DNA of 64,000 bases from Callorhinchus milii (taxonomy: Eukaryota). Positions within the stretch are counted from its first letter, which is position 1. Each line of letters opens with the position of its first letter. The translations under genes were made by a program, and so were the position numbers. Shown piece after piece: positions 1 to 12,205 of the stretch. The notes below the pieces were generated by a model. It saw nothing but the letters and a program-made list of their open reading frames with translations, had not been told where the DNA came from and ran no database searches. The stretch lies in the NCBI RefSeq assembly GCF_018977255.1, contig NW_024704742.1, positions 125,738,001 through 125,802,000 of the forward strand, given 5' to 3'.

Positions 1-36
1 TATAAGATTCCAAAGCGCTTTGGGGGTTTTGATAAC

Positions 37-210
37 AATAATAATAATCTTTGCATATGATGTAGCACCTTATCACGTCTTCGAGACGTCTCAAAGCGTT
101 TCACAGAATATACTGCCAAGTGAATTGACTGTATATTTTGTGGGCGAACCACAGCAGCCAACTGCGCACAGCAGTGTCCCACAAACTGTCGTGGATTGAG
201 TGACCACATT
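37..210 (-). mobile_element. SINE 3' half (Deu-like core and L2-like tail)
   Basis: Reverse complement of the SINE body and (ATT)n tail seen in full copies such as 28643-28960. Confidence 0.8.
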
Positions 211-518
211 ATTATTTATTTATTTATTTATTTGTTTATTTGTCATTCCACATCATAGCTGTTTGCTTAACCTAACTTTTTGTAATTTGTTTCATGTTGT
301 CTCTCATTTGAACCGGCAAAAATGTAACCGGCAAGTGTTTTCCTTACTCAATTGACCCTTAACCACAGGTAATACAGACCTAATTTCTCAATCTTTCCAA
401 GATTTCTGAATCTTAAAAAAANTCTAAATGTAGTGAAGATTATAGTAAAAACATCCCTGTATTACTAACTGCATCAAATGTAGCTGATTTAGTGGAGGGA
501 AACAAGCATTTTTCAAAT

Positions 519-1000
519 TTAAGCATCAATTATTTCATACAAGGTATTGTGTAACAATGCACACTTTGATGTGATAACATCTCTTAGACATTCAGCTCCT
601 GTAGCAGCTTTTTCATTCTCTCTAGCTGTTGCTCCTGGCAGCAAGGTTTATATTGGAGGAATTTCAGCTTCTTTTTCAATTTTTCATTCTGTTCTTCCAA
701 CTGCAGAATCCTCTTTTGCATCTCCAACACTGTAGTTATGTTCATAAGTAGTCAGAAGATCACATGGTGGTGTTGGTTCAAACAGATCACATGACTGCTT
801 TGGTACAGGTTCTGCTTTAACTTTCACTTCTGTTATGGATTGTTGTCTTGACGTTAACATTTCCAATTTCTTTGTTTGTTGTTTTGGTCATGTGAAGCAG
901 AATATGAAAGAGACAAATTCTCCTCCACTATTTTGTTGTTACAGTTCTTTCTGAAACAGTCTGCTGTGAAGTGCTCTGAGCAAAGGTTACTGTTTTTGGT
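519..1000 (-). pseudogene. THAP1: Processed, 5'-truncated THAP1 pseudogene
   Basis: Manual minus-strand translation gives [28 protein letters not shown] (human THAP1 from memory: [28 protein letters not shown]), VSFIF (VPTIF), EHNYSV at 732-743 (DHNYTV, the HCF-1 motif), KRILQLEEQNEKLKKKLK...QEQQLERMK (KRIHQLEQQVEKLRKKLK...QERQLEKLK) and ALLHNTLYEIIDA* (VILPNDYFEIVEV). Frameshifts near 915 and 716, stops at 888-890 and 584-586, and no intron. Confidence 0.85.
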
Positions 1001-2130
1001 ATATCGATGTTTTGGTTATAATGTAAAAAAAGGAGATATTATTGTATTTTCACTGGTTAATGAGTTGATAACTAGAAGGCATAAATTTGAGATGAACAAG
1101 AATTATTTTTTAAAAATCCTTGGCTTTGTATTGTACCTTTCATGACTACTTCTAATCTTAGATGTTGTTTTTACTGTGATTTCCAAATTGTAAACTAAAT
1201 ATAATCCTTGCATTTAATATAGCACTTTATCACATTATTAAGACATCTCACAGTGCTTCACAGTGATGTGAAGTTTAGTGACTGTAATTGTGGGGGAACA
1301 CGACAACCCATTTGTACACAGTAATAAACAGCCCATTAAACAAAGGACCAATTTTATTTGGGGTATTCTTGGCCAGGAAACCAAGAGAAATTCCTTCTTT
1401 TTTCAAGTAGTTCACAAAATATTTAATGTCCATTTGAAAAAGGAGATGGGACCTTATTTTAACTCCTCATCCAAAGCACTGTTAGTCTTTCAAAGAACGA
1501 TGGTTGATGCAGAATCCACAATAGTTTTTTTTAACAAGAAATAGTCAAATATTTGGAAAAAAAACATATATTAATGTGTCTAGTATAAGGGCAAGGAAGT
1601 GGGACTGAATAAATAATTGGGTCTTTCAGAGAGTCTTTCATGGACACGATGGACAAACAAATGACCTCCTTCTGTGATATAGTTGCCATGATTCTATGAT
1701 TTTATTTGGCAAATAAATTTATTGAAGGTGATGAAAGGCAAAATAATGTAGTGCCAGATTTGTTTTAATTCGGAACCAGCCAGAATGTTTTTTTCCAGTC
1801 CTGTGGGTTCCAAAGGTTGGTAAATTTACTGATGGTTGTTTAATTGCCAAGAGCTTCAGTAAATCATGAGGAACTGTTGCTTAGCTGCAGGCTTTTCACA
1901 CTTCTCTAGATATTTTGGCCCAGTTAACATTCCACAGTATGACCGTGACCAAAAAGAAAATGTTTCCTTTGTGGGCATGTACGAAACATGTGTAACACCA
2001 CATGATGCTTTCTGCCGATTAGCAGTTTCACACAGCAAGGCAGAGACCTGAGAATGTGATGTGAGTCTCAAGCAGAGCAGCGTTTAACTTCTGCTGAGTG
2101 AAGTGCTCTGAAGTGTGAGCTTCGCCATGT

Positions 2131-2307
2131 TTCCTTGCTCCCTCCCTTCCCTCCCCTCACCCTGACCATTTCCTCCCTCCTCGCTCCCTCCCTTCCCTCC
2201 CCTCACTCTGACCATTTCCCCCTGCTCGGGTCCTGACCCAACTGTGCAGCGCCTTGGGACGTCCTCCTGACGTGAAAGGCGCTTTATAAATGGAATCTTG
2301 TTGTTGT
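2131..2307 (+). mobile_element. L2 LINE 3' end fragment
   Basis: Ends GGGACGTCCTCCTGACGTGAAAGGCGCTTTATAAATGGAATC(TTG)n, like the L2 at 3317-5980. Confidence 0.85.
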
Positions 2308-3316
2308 TTTGCTGAAACTCTAGCGAAAAGCACAATAGATAATCTCAATAATAGCTGTAGTCTTTAATAATGTCACATCAAGAGTGTTTTCCAATAGATC
2401 TCTCAAATGTCACTGACTGTAAGTGACAACCATTCCTCTTGTTCCAAGAGCTTGATCTATTTTACTGCGTGCCACACCTAAATATAAATGCACGTTCATA
2501 TCATTTACATGGGTTTGCTCTGTGTGTCACTCTCGTGAATCAAAAATGTCACTCTTAACATCTTCCTGATCTTGACAACTCTGGCTGTTACCGTCAGTGC
2601 ATTAAAGGAACACTAACTTCAAAACAAAACTTGTTGGTCATTGTTGGGTAAGGAGAACCTATAGGCGGTGTAAGGACCAGTCTGCTGCATGAGGGAGATA
2701 ACAGAGCAGCTGGGTTCTATTTCCAGAAAGAAGACTTTGGTTCTTCTTTCAACTAGTTGAGTTCAGTTCAAATTGTTCCACCTGCTCTGTGCAACAGGAG
2801 CTAGTCTAAACAAAAGGAGCCAAAGATGAACCAGTCTGTGAAGGCTAGGGGAATATGAAATCTTGTGAGAGCTCACGTTTGGCTGAGTAGAGATGTAAGA
2901 AGGAGGAAGTACTCCTGGAAACCACTGCTAATTTCTTCCTGAGGCTCATAGGAAGGACTACTAGAGCAGTCACATTGTGTTGGAAGAATAGCTAAGCAGT
3001 AACTACTGTTAAAAATATGTTTTCTAATTGTTATGAAGAAAATATAACAAGAGGGATTGAGGGTGCAAGTTCCAGAGTTTCGGATACAGTGCTTTATTGT
3101 GTTATCAAAAAATGCATTTTGTTTCATAGGATTTTTGTGTAGGTGAACCCGGTTATCTGAGTATAACGTATATGTACCAATATATCAGACACAATTGCTT
3201 TGCTCCATTAGACACCAGAGATTACCAGCTTCACAGGAATTGATGTATTTTCTGTTCTTCACAGATACAAAGAAAGAACTTGCATTTTTATTGTGCCTAT
3301 AACATTCAAATGTATC

Positions 3317-5980
3317 AACAACAACAACAACAAGATTCCATTTACAGAGCGCCTTTCACGTCGGGAGGACGTCCCAAGGCTCTGTACAGTTGGGTCAGGA
3401 CCCGAGCAGCGGGGAAATGGTCAGGGTGAGGGGAGGGAAGGGAGGGATCGAGGAGGGGGAAATGGTCAGGGTGAGGGGAGGGAAGGGAGGGAGTGAGGAG
3501 GGGTAGAGAGTTGAGACGGGAGCTGAAGGCACGATCAAAGAGAAGGGTCTTGAGACTGGCCTTGAAGGAGGAAAGGGAGGAGGCAAGGCCAAGGCACTGG
3601 GGGATGGAGTTCCAGAGCCTAGGGGCTGAGAGGCTGAAGGCCCGGCCACCGATGGTAGGGCGGTTGGGGCGGGGGATGTGGAGCAGACCGGAGCCAGAGG
3701 AATGGAGGGTACGGGCAGGTAGGTAGGGGGATAGTAGGTCAGAGAGGTAGGAGGGAGCGAGGCCGTGAATGGCCTTGTAGGTGAGGATGAGGATCTGGAA
3801 TTCGATCCTCTGGGGGATGGGGAGCCAGTGGAGACGAGCGAGGGTGGGAGTGATGTGGTCGCGAAGCCTGGTGCGGGACAGTACACGAGCTGCAGAGTTC
3901 TGAATGACCTGCAGCTTGTGGAGGGAGGTGCCGGGAAGGCCGGCGAGGAGAGAGTTCCCATAGTCCAGCCTTGAGGTGATAAAGGCGTGGACCAGAGTTT
4001 CAGCAGCGTGAGGGGTGAGGTAGTGCCGTAGTCTGGCGATATTCCGGAGGTGATGGAAAGCGGTGCCAGTTGTGGCAGCTCAGGGTCAAACAGAACACCA
4101 AGGTTCCTGATTGGCTTTGAGAGGTGGAGACTGCAGTCTTGGATGCTGATGGTGTCAGCGCCTGAGGTGCGGAGGCGCTGACGCGAGCCAATTAGGAGGG
4201 CCTCAGTTTTGCGCACGTTGAGCTGAAGAAAGTTGTCTCTCGTCCAGGACTCGATGTCGGACAGGCAGCTGTCAGGACATCGGTGGTCGTGGAGTTGAGG
4301 GTAGAGGAGGAAAGGTAGAGTTGGGTGTCATCCGCATACATGTGGAAGTTAACCCCATGTCTGCGGATGATGTCACCAAGGGGGAGCATATAGAGGGTGA
4401 AGAGGAGGGGACCGAGGACAGAGCCCTGAGGGACACCGCACGAGACAGTGCGGGGGCTGGAGGAAAAGCCGTTCGTGGAAACAAAGTGAAGACGGTGGGA
4501 GAGGTACGACCTAAACCACTCAAGGACAGGGCTTTGAAGGTTGAGGTGGGAGGACAAGCGGTGGAGGAGGATAGCGTGGTCGACCGTATCGAATGCTGCC
4601 GATAGGTCACAGATGGTCAGGATGTCATTGGTGACCTTGACCAGGGCAGTTTCTGTGCTATGGGCAGCACGGAAACCCGACTGAAGGGGTTCGAATAATG
4701 AATGGGTGGAGAGGAAAGAGCGCAGCTGGGAGGCGACAACTCGTTCAAGGACCTTGGACAGGAAGGGGAGGTTGGAGATGGGCCGGTAGCTTGATAGCTG
4801 CGACACATCAAGGGAGGGTTTTTTCAAGGTGGGAGTGATGGTGGCAGTTTTTAAGGGAATGGGAACAGAGCCAGAGGAGAGGGACAGGTTGACGATGTCT
4901 GTGATAAGTGGGGCAAGGAGATGGAGCTTGGAGATAAGGAGTGGAGTGGGGATGGGGTCAAGGGAGCAGGTGGTGGGTTTCAGGGATAGGATGAGTTTGG
5001 TGACAGAGGGTGGGGAAACGGGTACGAAAGTGTGTAGGGGAGGATGGGTAGGAGTCGGAGTGTGGGAGGGAGGGGGTGGGGGGTGGGTGGATGTTGGAGG
5101 GGAAGTGACCGCGGAGCGAATTCCCTTGATTTTGGATTCAAGGAAATCCAGCATCTCCTCGCAGTGAAGGTTGGAGGAGATGACCTGCGCGGGGTGGCGG
5201 GGGGACGGAGGAGTCGGGATGTCGTAGAAAACAGTAGCCTGGGGTTGTTCTTCGCCTCCAGGATTATCCTGGAGTGGAAGGACGACTTGGCCGAGGATAG
5301 AGTGGAGCGGTAGATTTTGAGGAGGTCCAGCCAGATTTGTTGGTGGACCATTAGGCGCAGGTGCGTTCAGCGGCCCGCACCTGGCTCTTCAGTGAGCGGA
5401 GGTGGGTGGTGAACCAGGGGGAGGAGCGAGAGTAGGAGACAGTACGGGAGGTGATGGGGGCAAGAGTGTCGAGTGTGGAGGAGAGGGTGTTGTGGAGGAG
5501 GGTGAGAGGAGAAGAGGGGTCAGTGAGGGTTGAAGGCCAGAGGGAGAGGAGTTCAGAGGACTCCAAGGCAGCGGTTAGGGATTGTGGGGGTAACTTCTTC
5601 CAGGGGCGGTAGAAGATGGTGGTGGGTCTGGTGGAGGTGGGGAAGGGAGTGGAGGTGGTGAAGGAGATGAAGTGGTGATCGGAGACGGCCTTGTCGGTGA
5701 TAGTGACATCCAAGACACTGAGGCCCCGGGTGATCACCAAGTCGAGTGGGTGGCCATGACTGTGAGTGGGGGAGTTGATGTGGAGGGAGAGGTTGAGCGA
5801 GGAGAGCAGGGAAGAGAAGTCTGAGGAGATGGAGCAGGAGGGGGTGAAGTGCAGGTTGAAGTCGCCCAGGATGATGAGGCGATCAGAGCAGAGGCAGAGT
5901 GATGTAAGAAGTGTCGAAATATTGGAGATGAAGGTGGGAGAGGTTTTAGGGGGCCGGTAGAGGAGGAGGATTTTGAGGAT
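3317..5980 (-). mobile_element. L2 LINE, 5'-truncated, ORF2 (part of endonuclease plus RT) disrupted by frameshifts
   Basis: ORFs 5351-5983 (LYRPP, LGDFNLH, LDLVITRG, SDHH), 4192-5154 ([38 protein letters not shown]) and 3395-4216 (RNLGVLFD). (TTG)n tail. Inserted into an older SINE whose halves flank it. Confidence 0.95.
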
Positions 5981-6335
5981 CAAAGCACTTCACAGTAGTT
6001 ACTGTTATGTGGAGTGACTGTTTTTGTAAGCAAATATGGCAGCCATTTTGCATACAGCAAGTTCCCAGAATCAGACATGATCAATTAATCTGGCAGATTA
6101 TTTGTTGGCCAAGAGATCAGGAAAAACATTTTTCTATGCTTAATCTATTGGTAATTCCCTGCAAGCACAACTTGAAACTCATTTGAAAATGAAAAGCATT
6201 GGATAGAAAAAACGGTATAGTAATTACTTTCTTAGTGATACACTCCTTTTGTTTACCAATAGCCTCTTTCGTGGGGAAAATGTCTCATGAGATAAACCCG
6301 GAATCTTAATATATTTAGAAAATTAAAACAACAAT

Positions 6336-6459
6336 GGGCAAAATGTCTATTCAACACTACACACAGTGCCTTTGGCGATGCTGGGCACTAATAGAATTTC
6401 CCATCGTAGCGGCACATAGCCAAAGGCACTGTGTATAATACTGAACAGAATTTTCACCC
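6336..6459. mobile_element. Short palindromic MITE-like element
   Basis: ACACAGTGCCTTTGGC (6361-6376) is the exact reverse complement of 6419-6434. Imperfect pairing continues out to GGG...CCC ends. Confidence 0.55.
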
Positions 6460-6874
6460 GTGAATATAAATTTGCAATGCTCATGTTTTAAAACTTTTAC
6501 TTACTCAGAAGTGAACTACTTGAAATTTCACTTTCACTTGCTTTTAGTTGTCACTGGGGCAGGTGTTTGGTAGAGCTCTTAGTTTTGTAAAAGGCAGCTG
6601 ATTTCTGTGCAACCATAGCCCAGCACAAATTGCTACCTGAATACTTGTATTTGATACAACAACTTGTATCAAATAAAGCGCCCTTCTAGAGCGGTGGCAT
6701 CTTGGAGCGTTTAACACTGGCGGAGCCCAATATTGAGCTGGGGGGGGGGGGGGGGGGGGGACGTGGGGGCGAGAGTTGACAGGTCGAAGAGCAAATTCTT
6801 AATGAGTGATCTGAAAATGTGGAAGAAGGGGGCAATCAGAGGGATTATGGAGAGAGTTCCAGAGTTTTAGGATA

Positions 6875-7290
6875 CAGTGTCTTATTGTGTTATCGAAACA
6901 TCTCAAAGCGTTTCATAGGATCTTACTGCAGCGAACATGCCAGCCAAATTGACACAGCAATGTCCCATAAACAGCCAGAATGACTAATTTTATCTTTAAA
7001 TCTCTGTGACTCAAAAATTGTGTCCGTGAAATTAATAATCCTTGCATTTGATATAATGCCCAGAATACTGGGAGAAACTCCCTTCTCTTTTTGAATAGTG
7101 TCATGGAAAACATTAATGCCTCCGTGAACAAGCAAATGGGACCTTGGATTAATGGTATCTTTGACAGTGTATCCCAGCATTGCAATAGAATGTCAGCTTA
7201 CACTAGGAGCTCAAACTCAAGACACGGGGCTTGAACAAATGAACTTGCGACTCAGAGGTGAGAATGCTATCAACTGAGCCAGGCTGACAT
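6875..7290 (-). mobile_element. Old SacSINE1/DeuSINE-like SINE
   Basis: Reverse complement of the old SINE family, with its head (TGGCTCAGTTGATAGCATTCTC...CTGAGTC) near 7240-7285. Confidence 0.65.
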
Positions 7291-8289
7291 CTTAAGCAGA
7301 GAATGGGTTGAAGGAGGTAGCATCAAAACAGAAAGAAGAAAAAAAAGTGCAATTCCTTTCCCCAAAATGGCATTCTATTTATACATGGGTTATTACCACA
7401 GACTTAAACAAGTCCAGTGCAAACCAAGAGACATGGGGACAAAACTTCCTCAGTAAAGTAATGGTACTGAAATACTTCAAGTACTTTTACTATGCAATAT
7501 AATTGAGAAGTAATTCACTTCAATCTGAAGGATAGAGCCACCTGTCCCACTATCCAGAATTCCCTAGTGCAGTACAGAAGAAGTCCATTTGATTTGATGT
7601 TTGATCAGTTTCAGCTGCCGTTTGATTCACGACCTCAGTTTTCACTTTCTTTGCAGTTTTTAATTAATCACCGCAGAGTAACTGAGAACTTCAAGTTGGC
7701 AACTTGTCACTTGTTTGAGTGTCTCCTCAATCAACTTTAACTATCTTTAATCGAGATTGAAGATGCACTGTCTATTTAATCAGCAGGCTGTCATTTTAAG
7801 CAGGCTGATCATTTTTTTGTACTGTCAGGTGGGACATAATGGAGCATATGCTGCAATGAGTGCTCCAAATAACAGCTATGTGATGTTAGCTAGTCTGGTA
7901 AATTTTTCAGATTTGTGCCCTGTGCACTTTGATAATTATGATATACTTTCATTGTTACTCATTATATTAGGGTGAAAATTGCGATGTTTCTTAACAGATT
8001 GAATTTGATCCATTACAATTGAATCTAGAGAGTCTTGGAGTACCATGGAGCTGCATGGCCTACAAACTGGACCACCGAGACCACCAGGGAGGAATGACTT
8101 GATTATCATAGTAATAATTCTTGTATTTGATAATAATGCCTTATGATGTTGAAATGTTTCAAAGGTTCTTCACAGAGCTTTTCTGGGTGACTGGGTATTT
8201 CTGGGGGAACACAGTAGCCAATTTGCACAAACAATCAAAACTTGCTTCTATTTTCAAATAGTGCAGAAATGCGTCTTTCTTAGAAGAAT

Positions 8290-8810
8290 ACATTTACATC
8301 GCTAGAGCATCTTTCACGTCAGGAGGATATCTCAAGGCACCTTCCATGGCTGGTCACCCGGGCGTGTGGGGGAAGGTGACTGAAAATGGGGTCAATTAAG
8401 TAATTCTTGAGGAAGGTTTTGAAGGTAGGGAGAGGAGGGGGCATAAGTCGAATGGACTCCGGTTGGAGTTTCAATGAGCGGGGGCAGAATAGTTGAAAGC
8501 TCAACTTCTAATGATAAATAGATGGCAGGAAGAGCTGGGATGTGAATCAGGCCAGTATTCGTTGAGCGAAGGGAACATTAGGGTCATTAGGATTGCAGGA
8601 GGATAAGGATGAGGATCTTGAATCCAATTGCCTGAAGTATAAGGAACCAAGTGAGGCTAAGGGTATTAGGCACAATGAACTTTCTGCAGGAGAGGACAAG
8701 GGCTGCAGAGTTCTGGATAGTCTGCAGTTTGTGAAGGGAATAGCTGAGGAGTCCAGCAAGTAGGGCATTGAAATAATCAAACTTGCACTTGATGAAAGTG
8801 GGAATAAATG
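8290..8810 (-). mobile_element. Degraded L2 3' fragment
   Basis: Minus-strand ORF 8587-8856 (DYFNALLAGL...KLQTIQNSAA) and an L2-type tail near 8300-8340. Confidence 0.7.
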
Positions 8811-9589
8811 AAACAATTAATAATTTTGGGCAGTACTGAACTTCAGTAAACTGCACTTCAGTAAAAGAGTAAAATCAAAGCTTACATTTCCTTTTATGAG
8901 AATTCCTCCTAAAGCAATATTTTAGCTGCATATTACTTTGGATTAATTCTAATGTTGTTATTTCCAACAACTGACTAAGAAATAAATGTGTTGCTTACAC
9001 TCGCCACCAAAGATATTTATTGTGTCAGGTATTTTATTGGCAAAACTTATTCTGCAGCATATCTGTAAAAGGAGTGATACAATGCTGCAAAGTAATATGT
9101 AGTCAACCAGCTCTTGAAAGCATTATCCATTATTTACAAGGTACAAGGAGAAGAATTTCAGATGAATCTATCAATATTTTGAGTCATTCACTAAATCACA
9201 AAGTATCCCAAGTAAATGGATTTTTCCCGGAAAAGAAATTAAATATTATGGAACAATTGCAATGTAATTGCAGCAAACTGAAGCTGGAGATATTGATTGT
9301 TCTTCTGTGATTAGTTATGACATTTGTTATATTTCTACTGTGTTTATAATAATATTGAAGGTTCCTTAAGTAGTGGATAAAGGCCATACTTCGAGGACTA
9401 GGCCATACTCCACTAGGCCACACAGACTCGTAGGTTGCAGGTTCAAATCTGCTGAGTTATCTAATACAAGTCAGAGCAAATGGCCTCCTGAATGCCCTGG
9501 GTTGAAAAGGAAGGAAGGAGTGGGGAGAGGAAGGGGGAATCAGGTAGGCTTTCCATTGTAGGTATTTGTCTACAAAATTATGATGAACT

Positions 9590-9864
9590 TTTATGTTATG
9601 ATGAACCTTTATAATACACTGGATAGGCCTCAGCTAGGATTATTCTCCTTGATGCAAAGCATTGCCTGAGAAGGTGATGGAAGACGATTCAATAACAACT
9701 TTTAAGAGAGAAGTAGATAATTATTTGGGGAGGACAAGTTTGCACGGCTATGGGGAGAGAACGGGGGAGTGGGATTGATTTGGATAGCTCTTTTCAAAGA
9801 GCCGGCACAGACACAATGGGCCGAATAGCCTCCTTCTGTGCTGTATGATTCTATGATTCTATGA
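9590..9864 (+). mobile_element. CR1 LINE 3' fragment with internal deletions
   Basis: Matches the CR1 3' region at 37030-37600 and ends in an (ATTCTATG)n tail. Confidence 0.85.
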
Positions 9865-10499
9865 AATTATAATCCATATTAAAAAAATTAGGCACTGAAT
9901 CCATGACTGTTTGTGTTGGTTGCCCCATTTTGCCCACAAAATACACAGTCAATTCATTTTACAATATATACTGTGAAGTGTTTTGAGATGTCGCAATGAC
10001 GTGGTAAGGCATGATATTAAATGGAAGGATTATCAATATTATTACAAAATAGTCACTATGCTTTACAGTAAATCATGTGAAGTGCTTTGAGATGTCCTCC
10101 AATGTGAAAGGTGCTATATTAAATCCAACAATTATTACTATTGTTATTATTTTGAACTCCATGGTCACCATATTAAATACTTCAGAATTCGATCTGGCCC
10201 ATTCTGCCTCACAAAATGACATTAACACCATTGTACATTTAACTTATGAAATCTCCATAAAAATTACCAAGGTTACATTTTGGCATTTGAACAAGACACT
10301 GAACAGATTTGCACTAACTCAATATAGACTGCACAGCCCTCCATTAAATCAGGAGGAAAATAGACCCATTAATTGGTATCTTTACACAAGCCATGCACGC
10401 AGATTAAATTAAAGTGGTGGACTCTCAGAATGTATTTGTCTCTTTATTTAATGGAAATTGTGTAGTCTGCATCACTGAAACCTTCAGGGCAGTTCACAG

Positions 10500-10693
10500 A
10501 ACAACAACAACAACAAGATTCCATTTATAGAGCACCTTTCACGTCAGGAGGACGTCCCAAAGCGCTGTACAGTTGGGTCAGGACCCGAGCAGGGGGGACA
10601 TGGTCAGAGTGAGGGGAGGGAAGGGAGGGAGCGGTGAGGGGAGGGATGAGGGGGGAGAGTCGAGAGGGAAGCTGAAGGCACGGTCAAAGAGAA
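10500..10693 (-). mobile_element. L2 3' end fragment
   Basis: Closely matches 3317-3545 and carries a (CAA)n tail on the + strand. Confidence 0.85.
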
Positions 10694-11481
10694 CCCCCCC
10701 ATTCAGTCCTAATCACAGCCACATTGAGCTGTAGATTTAGTGATTTAGAGTAATTGTATAATTCCTTTCCTGCCCCTACGCAATTGGAGCATGAGTTGTG
10801 TGATTCCACATGCATTCTGCTATCACCTTGCGGTCTCCTGAACCACACAACATCTGTAGCTGAGATGATTGTTTTGGCTGCACATGAAACATGGCTCAGG
10901 AGACTTTGCAGCTGGGTATCTGACCTGCAGAATCCAAACCACACTGAGAATATTACATATGTATACCACCAAAACATGGAGATTATCCTGTGTCTGGAAT
11001 GGGTCATGCTCTCTCTCCCTGGAGAGATATACCCTGCTTACCTACCTAGGATGTACCCTAATTCCAAAAGAGTTTTAGCCGCAAGTTGGTAAGAGCCAAG
11101 GCTTGGGCCAAACTACAACTAATACTCAGGAGACCAGATGGGAATGACAAACTAGGGAAACATTCTATGGAGAGCAAGATGCCCTCATAAAACTTCAGTG
11201 TCAGGAAGGGTGGTCTTGTGATATTTTTATTAGTTACAGCTGCTGTTTTTCATCTTCTGTTAATTGTTGTAACTGGCCTTTCTGGGCTCAATTGTTTAGT
11301 AACCTCTGCTGAAACATGGGTGTGTGTGGACATTGGACAATGGCCGGATTTGATCTGTGTGATTCCCACTGTGGTCGAATGACTTGTCTCCCAGCACTCA
11401 CTGTCACCAGGCTCGCTGTCACACCATGAACATCTGGGAGAGGCAGCGAGAGTAATCAGCATTTACGGAGCAGCCCAGGTA

Positions 11482-11877
11482 TCAGTTTAGCTCAGTTGGT
11501 AGCTTTCACCTCCAAGTCAGAAGGTTTGAGTTCAGGCCCCAGGTCATGATCTCACAGTCTAGTGCTCACGGAGCACTGCATGGTTGCTGATGCTGTCATT
11601 CAGATGCAGCATTAAACAAAGGTCCGATTTATCTATGTGGGTGCGTGTTAAAGATCCACTGGCACTATTCAAAAATAGAAGGGAGTTTCTCCTGGCCAAA
11701 AATCCTAATAAAATTGGTCTCCATTGGCTATTTGTGGGAAATTGATGTGTGCAAATTAGCTGCTGGGTTTGCCTACAAATACACGCTCACTACACGTCAC
11801 AGTGAATTTGTGTTAAGTGCTTTAAGATGTCTGATTGATGTTATAAAGAGCTTTATTAAATGTAAGGATCATTATTA
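11482..11877 (+). mobile_element. Old SacSINE1/DeuSINE-like SINE
   Basis: Head GCTCAGTTGGTAGC...AGTCAGAAGG, core TGTGTGCAAATTAGCTGC and tail GGATCATTATTA. Confidence 0.7.
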
Positions 11878-12205
11878 GGAGTCCTGTAGCTCAGTGGTTG
11901 AGCACTCGCTTTGCAAGCTAGAGACCTGAGTTCAATTCCAGGCAGGGCGAAACCTTGGGCAAGTTTCCTTACTCCACACGCCTAATAATAATCCCTCCAA
12001 AACCAAAAACAATAATAAATTGGTCATTTTCAATCCACGACTGTTTGTTGGACATTGCTGTGCGCAATTGGCTGCCGCGTTCGGCCACAAATATACAGTC
12101 AATTCACTTTACAGTGTGTTCTGTGAAGCGCTTTGGGACGTCCTCCCGACGTGAAAAGCGCTATATCAAATGCAAGGATTATTATTATTATTATTATATT
12201 ATTAT
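11878..12205 (+). mobile_element. Young tRNA-derived SINE, full length
   Basis: A-box TAGCTCAGTGG, B-box GTTCAATTCC, Deu-like core GCTGTGCGCAATTGGCTGCCGCG, L2-like tail and (ATT)n. Confidence 0.9.

Noticed and set aside
4192..5154. 320-aa RT ORF as an active or domesticated gene, or a retron-like system
   Set aside because: Ordinary L2 ORF2 fragment with flanking frameshifts and an internal deletion before DLSAAFDT.
6740..6760. Poly-G run as a G-quadruplex element
   Set aside because: Homopolymer inside a decayed L2 3' UTR, and its length may be unreliable.
10754..11092. 112-aa ORF with a donor-like GTAAGA at its end
   Set aside because: Non-ATG start, no recognisable homology and no convincing acceptor.
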